Origin: Eutreptiella sp. 'Long Island Sound 2002'
Taxonomy: Eukaryota > Protista > Euglenida
Assembly (NCBI GenBank): GCA_964036045.1
Contig: OZ038378.1
Span: 13,206,001 to 13,270,000 of the forward strand
DNA length: 64,000 nucleotides
Direction of reading: 5' to 3'
Part shown: positions 60,351 through 64,000 of the stretch, piece after piece
How positions within the stretch are numbered: position 1 is the first letter of the stretch
Layout: the number at the start of each line of letters is the position of its first letter
Notes under the pieces: generated by a model
What the model was told of the DNA's origin: nothing
What the model saw: the letters and a program-made list of their open reading frames with translations, nothing else
Databases searched by the model: none
Program-made: the position numbers and the translations under genes

Positions 60351-62169
60351 GTGGCACCATGTGGATACTTAAAGCATCATCTTATCCAAGCCTCATAGAC
60401 CTCCCCACGTCACCCTTGTACTATAGTGTGTCTTCATGCACATCCTCCAGGCCCAAAACAATTACTCCCCTCATCGAAGGGTTGCATGTGGTGTACAAAG
60501 TCCCTTGGTCTGCCATTTATTGTACTCCCCTGTACTCTCCAGTGGCATTCCGGGCAATATCCCTCCCACGCAATCCCAGTAAAAGGCATACAACCTAGGG
60601 GTTTGGTGGAATCATGCCTAGTGCTGGGCCATGATCTACACAAAAAAGTCCGTCGCAAATCATGCATGAATCGGATAGTGCAAGGTACCTTTGGAGAATT
60701 GTGCAAGGGTGTAGAGGGTTCAAACAGCTTAGAGATGTATCCCAAGGGTGGCCAAGTGTTGAAGACACCTCGGCCATCTTGTGCCTAAATTTGGTGTTTC
60801 ACGGATGAGTTGCTTCTCCAGAATTGTTGTTATGATGTGAGGGGGGAGGGGGGCATGTCTATTTAAGGAGGGGGGCCAATATAGGCATTGCGAGAAGCAC
60901 ATTATGCATCAAGGGGCCTCATCATGGGTCGCCACTAGGCAGCAACGGCTAACCATCCATTTAGCATTTGCCCCCCACCCTAGTCAAAGTCTTTATAAAA
61001 ATCCATGAGATCAAAAGCTCTCGGTGAACGCACGGCCATGCCTTTGTGCCCTGCACGGCATCTATTTGGACCGCTTGCCGACATCCCCTACATCTGGGAC
61101 CTCATGAGCCTGCTTCATCTACCCGAAGTGACTGTCATTGCCTCCTATGTGCCTTCCTTTGGCACCATCAAGGCCGCACATCGCCGTAGTTGCTGTGCTA
61201 CCACCCAACAGCATTTGCTGTGCTCGCGGGGTTGTGGGTCCGGTGACCAGTGAGTGGATCCCCTGCACTTCCTTCCGGTTGGTACGTGGGTGCCCCATGT
61301 GTCCTTATTTGCAACACTGCCATACCCCATGGTGTGTCTGTCGGCACACCAAGTGGGCATCGCACACCCGCGAGTGCTTCAGGCATGTCGGCTTGCCTCG
61401 GGTCACCTCATGTTGTGTTGGGCCCTACAACTTTAGGGCAAAGCTAGATGCCCCACTCGCTGACGGTGCCGGGGGGGGGGTCCATCCCCGAAAACGATCG
61501 CCGAGCGCTGCACTCCACAGCTTTCACCTTTGCCCATTTACCTCCCCACACAACCACCTATGGGCATATGGAGCCATGAACAACCTCATAATGATAATAT
61601 AGAGACCAATGTGCGCCATGTGTACACCCGACAATATCTCAATGGGCATTGAAAGAGGGCATTGCCCTCCCCCTTTTCCAATTCTTGTTTCTTGTTGTTT
61701 TGACTGACATAACACAATAGGATGTGTAAAAGCCAACTCTTTTTTGATGAGTCAAGCTGTCACGCTGTTTGAGATCACACCCCTATGAGCAGGGAACAAG
61801 CACCGCCCTACAAGCAATCTTGATAGAAATGCGCTCACCCTAAACCCCGTGACCTAGGCTTCTTGGCTTCGGCAAATGCCTTTTCCTGCAACCATTCTTA
61901 GATGGCCTCACACGCACTGCTCGGAGCTAGAATGAGACAATGTTTCTGTTTAAGTGTGCAAAGCGGCTGGCACCACCCATGCCACATACACCCATACACA
62001 GTGACGCAAAGGTGCATAGAATGTGCCTTTTCTAACTAAGGCTTTGCAGGGTTTGGAGCTTGCCCATCACCCAACATAGGGGGAATCTTTGCGTTATATG
62101 TGCACTAGTTTTAAGACATACCAAGAACGCCTCCAAATTGTCCCCATTCTCGTGGCAAGGACGGTACAA

Positions 62170-62640
62170 CTCTGTGTGGCTCTCTTTACATGTGATTGTG
62201 TGTGGCTGTGTGTGGCTCTGCATGGCTCTGTGTGGCTTTGTCTAGTTGTGTGACTCTGTATGGCCTGGCCTACCTCTTTGTGGTTGCATGTGGCCGTGGC
62301 CGGCTCTATGCAGCTCTATGTGGCTGTGTGTGGCTCTGTGTCCCTTTGTGCGGCTTTGTGAATTTGTTTGTGGCTTTGTGTGGTGCTGTGTGTGGCTATG
62401 CATGGCTCCGTACGGTTTTATGTTTTGACGAGGGAGACCCATGTGCAGCTTGGGGGGCGAGCAGGCATAATCAAGCTTGATGAAAATACCTCCTCCAGCA
62501 ACATGCCCACACACATGGCCACTTAGTGCCACACAGAGACACATGAAGCCACAGAAACCACACAGACACACACACATCCAAAGCGGCACAGAGCCAAAGC
62601 CACACACAACCACACAAAGCCACCTACAACCACATAAATG
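62170..62640. repeat. Same 10-bp satellite, as a forward array (62170-62410) and a reverse array (62500-62640)
   Basis: gtgtggctct units followed, after a ~90-bp spacer, by agccacac units. Confidence 0.7.
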
Positions 62641-62735
62641 CACCCGGAGAGAAATAGCCTTTCTACAATTCACGGAATTGCTCGAATGCATCCAGAATGT
62701 TCCTTTGTGTTGTGTGTGTGTGTGTGTGTGTGTTG

Positions 62736-62759
62736 TTCTGAGCGTCTATTTTTTTTTCG
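62736..62759 (+). other. Relict euglenid spliced-leader (SL) exon sequence
   Basis: TTCTGAGCGTCTATTTTTTTTTCG versus the 3' 23 nt of the Euglena SL as recalled (ACTTTCTGAGTGTCTATTTTTTTTCG): one substitution and one extra T. No GT donor follows. Confidence 0.8.
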
Positions 62760-64000
62760 ATAGGTGCCTATTGGCGGCGAACATGCTCTGTCTTGTTTGA
62801 CGTTCCAACTGACGAGGAATCTGACACTAGGAAACCGTGTTGTGCCCGTTTGAATTGCAATCGTGTGCGTGTGTGTGTGTGTTTTGGGGGGGTGGCATTG
62901 CTTATGGCCCGATGATCGATGCTTGGATTACCTTGAGGGGCAATGCTGTTGATCCTAGGTCCTTTTAGGGGCCACCTTGTGCGCACTGTGTGGACAGTGC
63001 AACTATTTGGCTGTCTGACCAAACCAGGGACCTGTAGTCTATACCAGTAGCATGACAAAGTATTAACCTTGTAATGCAATGTGAAACAATTCAATGTGAA
63101 CGTTCCTGTATTATGGCCTAAACTCCTAAGACTGTGGGTCTCACGAACCATGGCCTCGTCGAAGCACGGGCAAAAGCAAGACAAACGCATGTTTGATGGC
63201 TCATGCGGTGAGCATGAGCAAAAAGCTGGGAATGGCACCCCCGTGTTTTGCCTTACCGTGTGTCGAGATGCTAGCTGCGTTGCAGATGGTGCCGGCGAAT
63301 GATCCTTCGCTGTTGTTGAGGCCTGAGGTGAAAAGGCGTGCCTCCAGTGAGGCCATTTGTCGACTGAACGTGCCGGCGCACGGGGATTCATGAACAACCA
63401 GGGCCGTTCCCTCGCTTCGCATTCTCTCCCCCATGCAGACTTTTGCGGATTATTCCATTTTTCGTCCCGTGGTGTCTGCAGTGCAGAGTTGTCAGCCATC
63501 TTGTTGTCTTCCTTCCCCCGTCATCATGTCCAGCCCGAGCCAGCGGGATGGCGTGTTCGATCACACCGGCCTGGCCAACACCAATGCGGGGGCTGTGATG
63601 CACAATGTTGCCTGTGCCGCCTCATGCGGGCTCATGCAGGGGAGCATGGACCGCAAACTGCAGGCATCGGGAACATGGCACCAAAGTCAGACGCCCACGC
63701 CGGCCAGAGGGACACCCCGCCAAAGCCCTGTTGCGCAGGCGTACCCAGGCCATGCAACGCGGTGCAATCCGCCCACTGCCTGGAGCTCATCGCCGCGGAG
63801 CCATGTTTTATCACACCACTGCACACTGTCTCATTGTGCATTGTGTGGCCGGCCCAGTGCTTCGACTACCGTGGGCACTTGCCCCACAGCCACGAAGACG
63901 TCCTCTGCCGCGGAACGGCCCCAAGGCACTGCTGGTGGCCAATTTTCAGCGCTGGGGTACTCCGGTACGGACGCTTGTGCCCTGCCTCCCCCTTGTTGTC

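Noticed and set aside
62809-62840. Hammerhead ribozyme core (CTGACGA...GAAAC)
   Set aside because: The intervening sequence cannot form helix II, and the closing G-C pair is missing.
62736-62860. Functional SL RNA gene
   Set aside because: There is no GT donor after the exon, the first SL nucleotides are missing, and no tandem SL/5S context is visible.

Overview
Eukaryotic nuclear DNA, most likely from a euglenid: a near-perfect euglenid spliced-leader (SL) sequence sits at 62736-62759, and TTAGGG-type repeats, long poly-G/C runs and (CA)n tracts are present. No prokaryotic features, CRISPR array, rRNA or tRNA were found. Three plus-strand multi-exon genes can be chained by hand through GT-AG introns, and a fourth is suggested by scattered exons. 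These are (1) a SAP-like/ARMET_C-domain protein with a PPxY-rich tail (~5.5-13.9 kb), (2) a poorly resolved P/Y- and acidic-rich exon cluster (~15.4-17.0 kb), (3) a secreted ependymin-related (EPDR)-like protein (23.3-29.0 kb) and (4) a type II membrane DUF1647-like putative glycosyltransferase (46.0-56.4 kb). Introns and intergenic DNA are filled with non-LTR retrotransposons (one nearly intact, with a duplicated unusual Cys/His motif), decayed piggyBac and possible Tc1/mariner transposases, a family of CAC(G)n-TIR elements with 8-bp target-site duplications, and several satellites, including a ~45-bp hairpin-forming one and head-to-head inverted arrays. All family assignments come from motif recognition by eye, without database searches. 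Most repeat and remnant boundaries are approximate.
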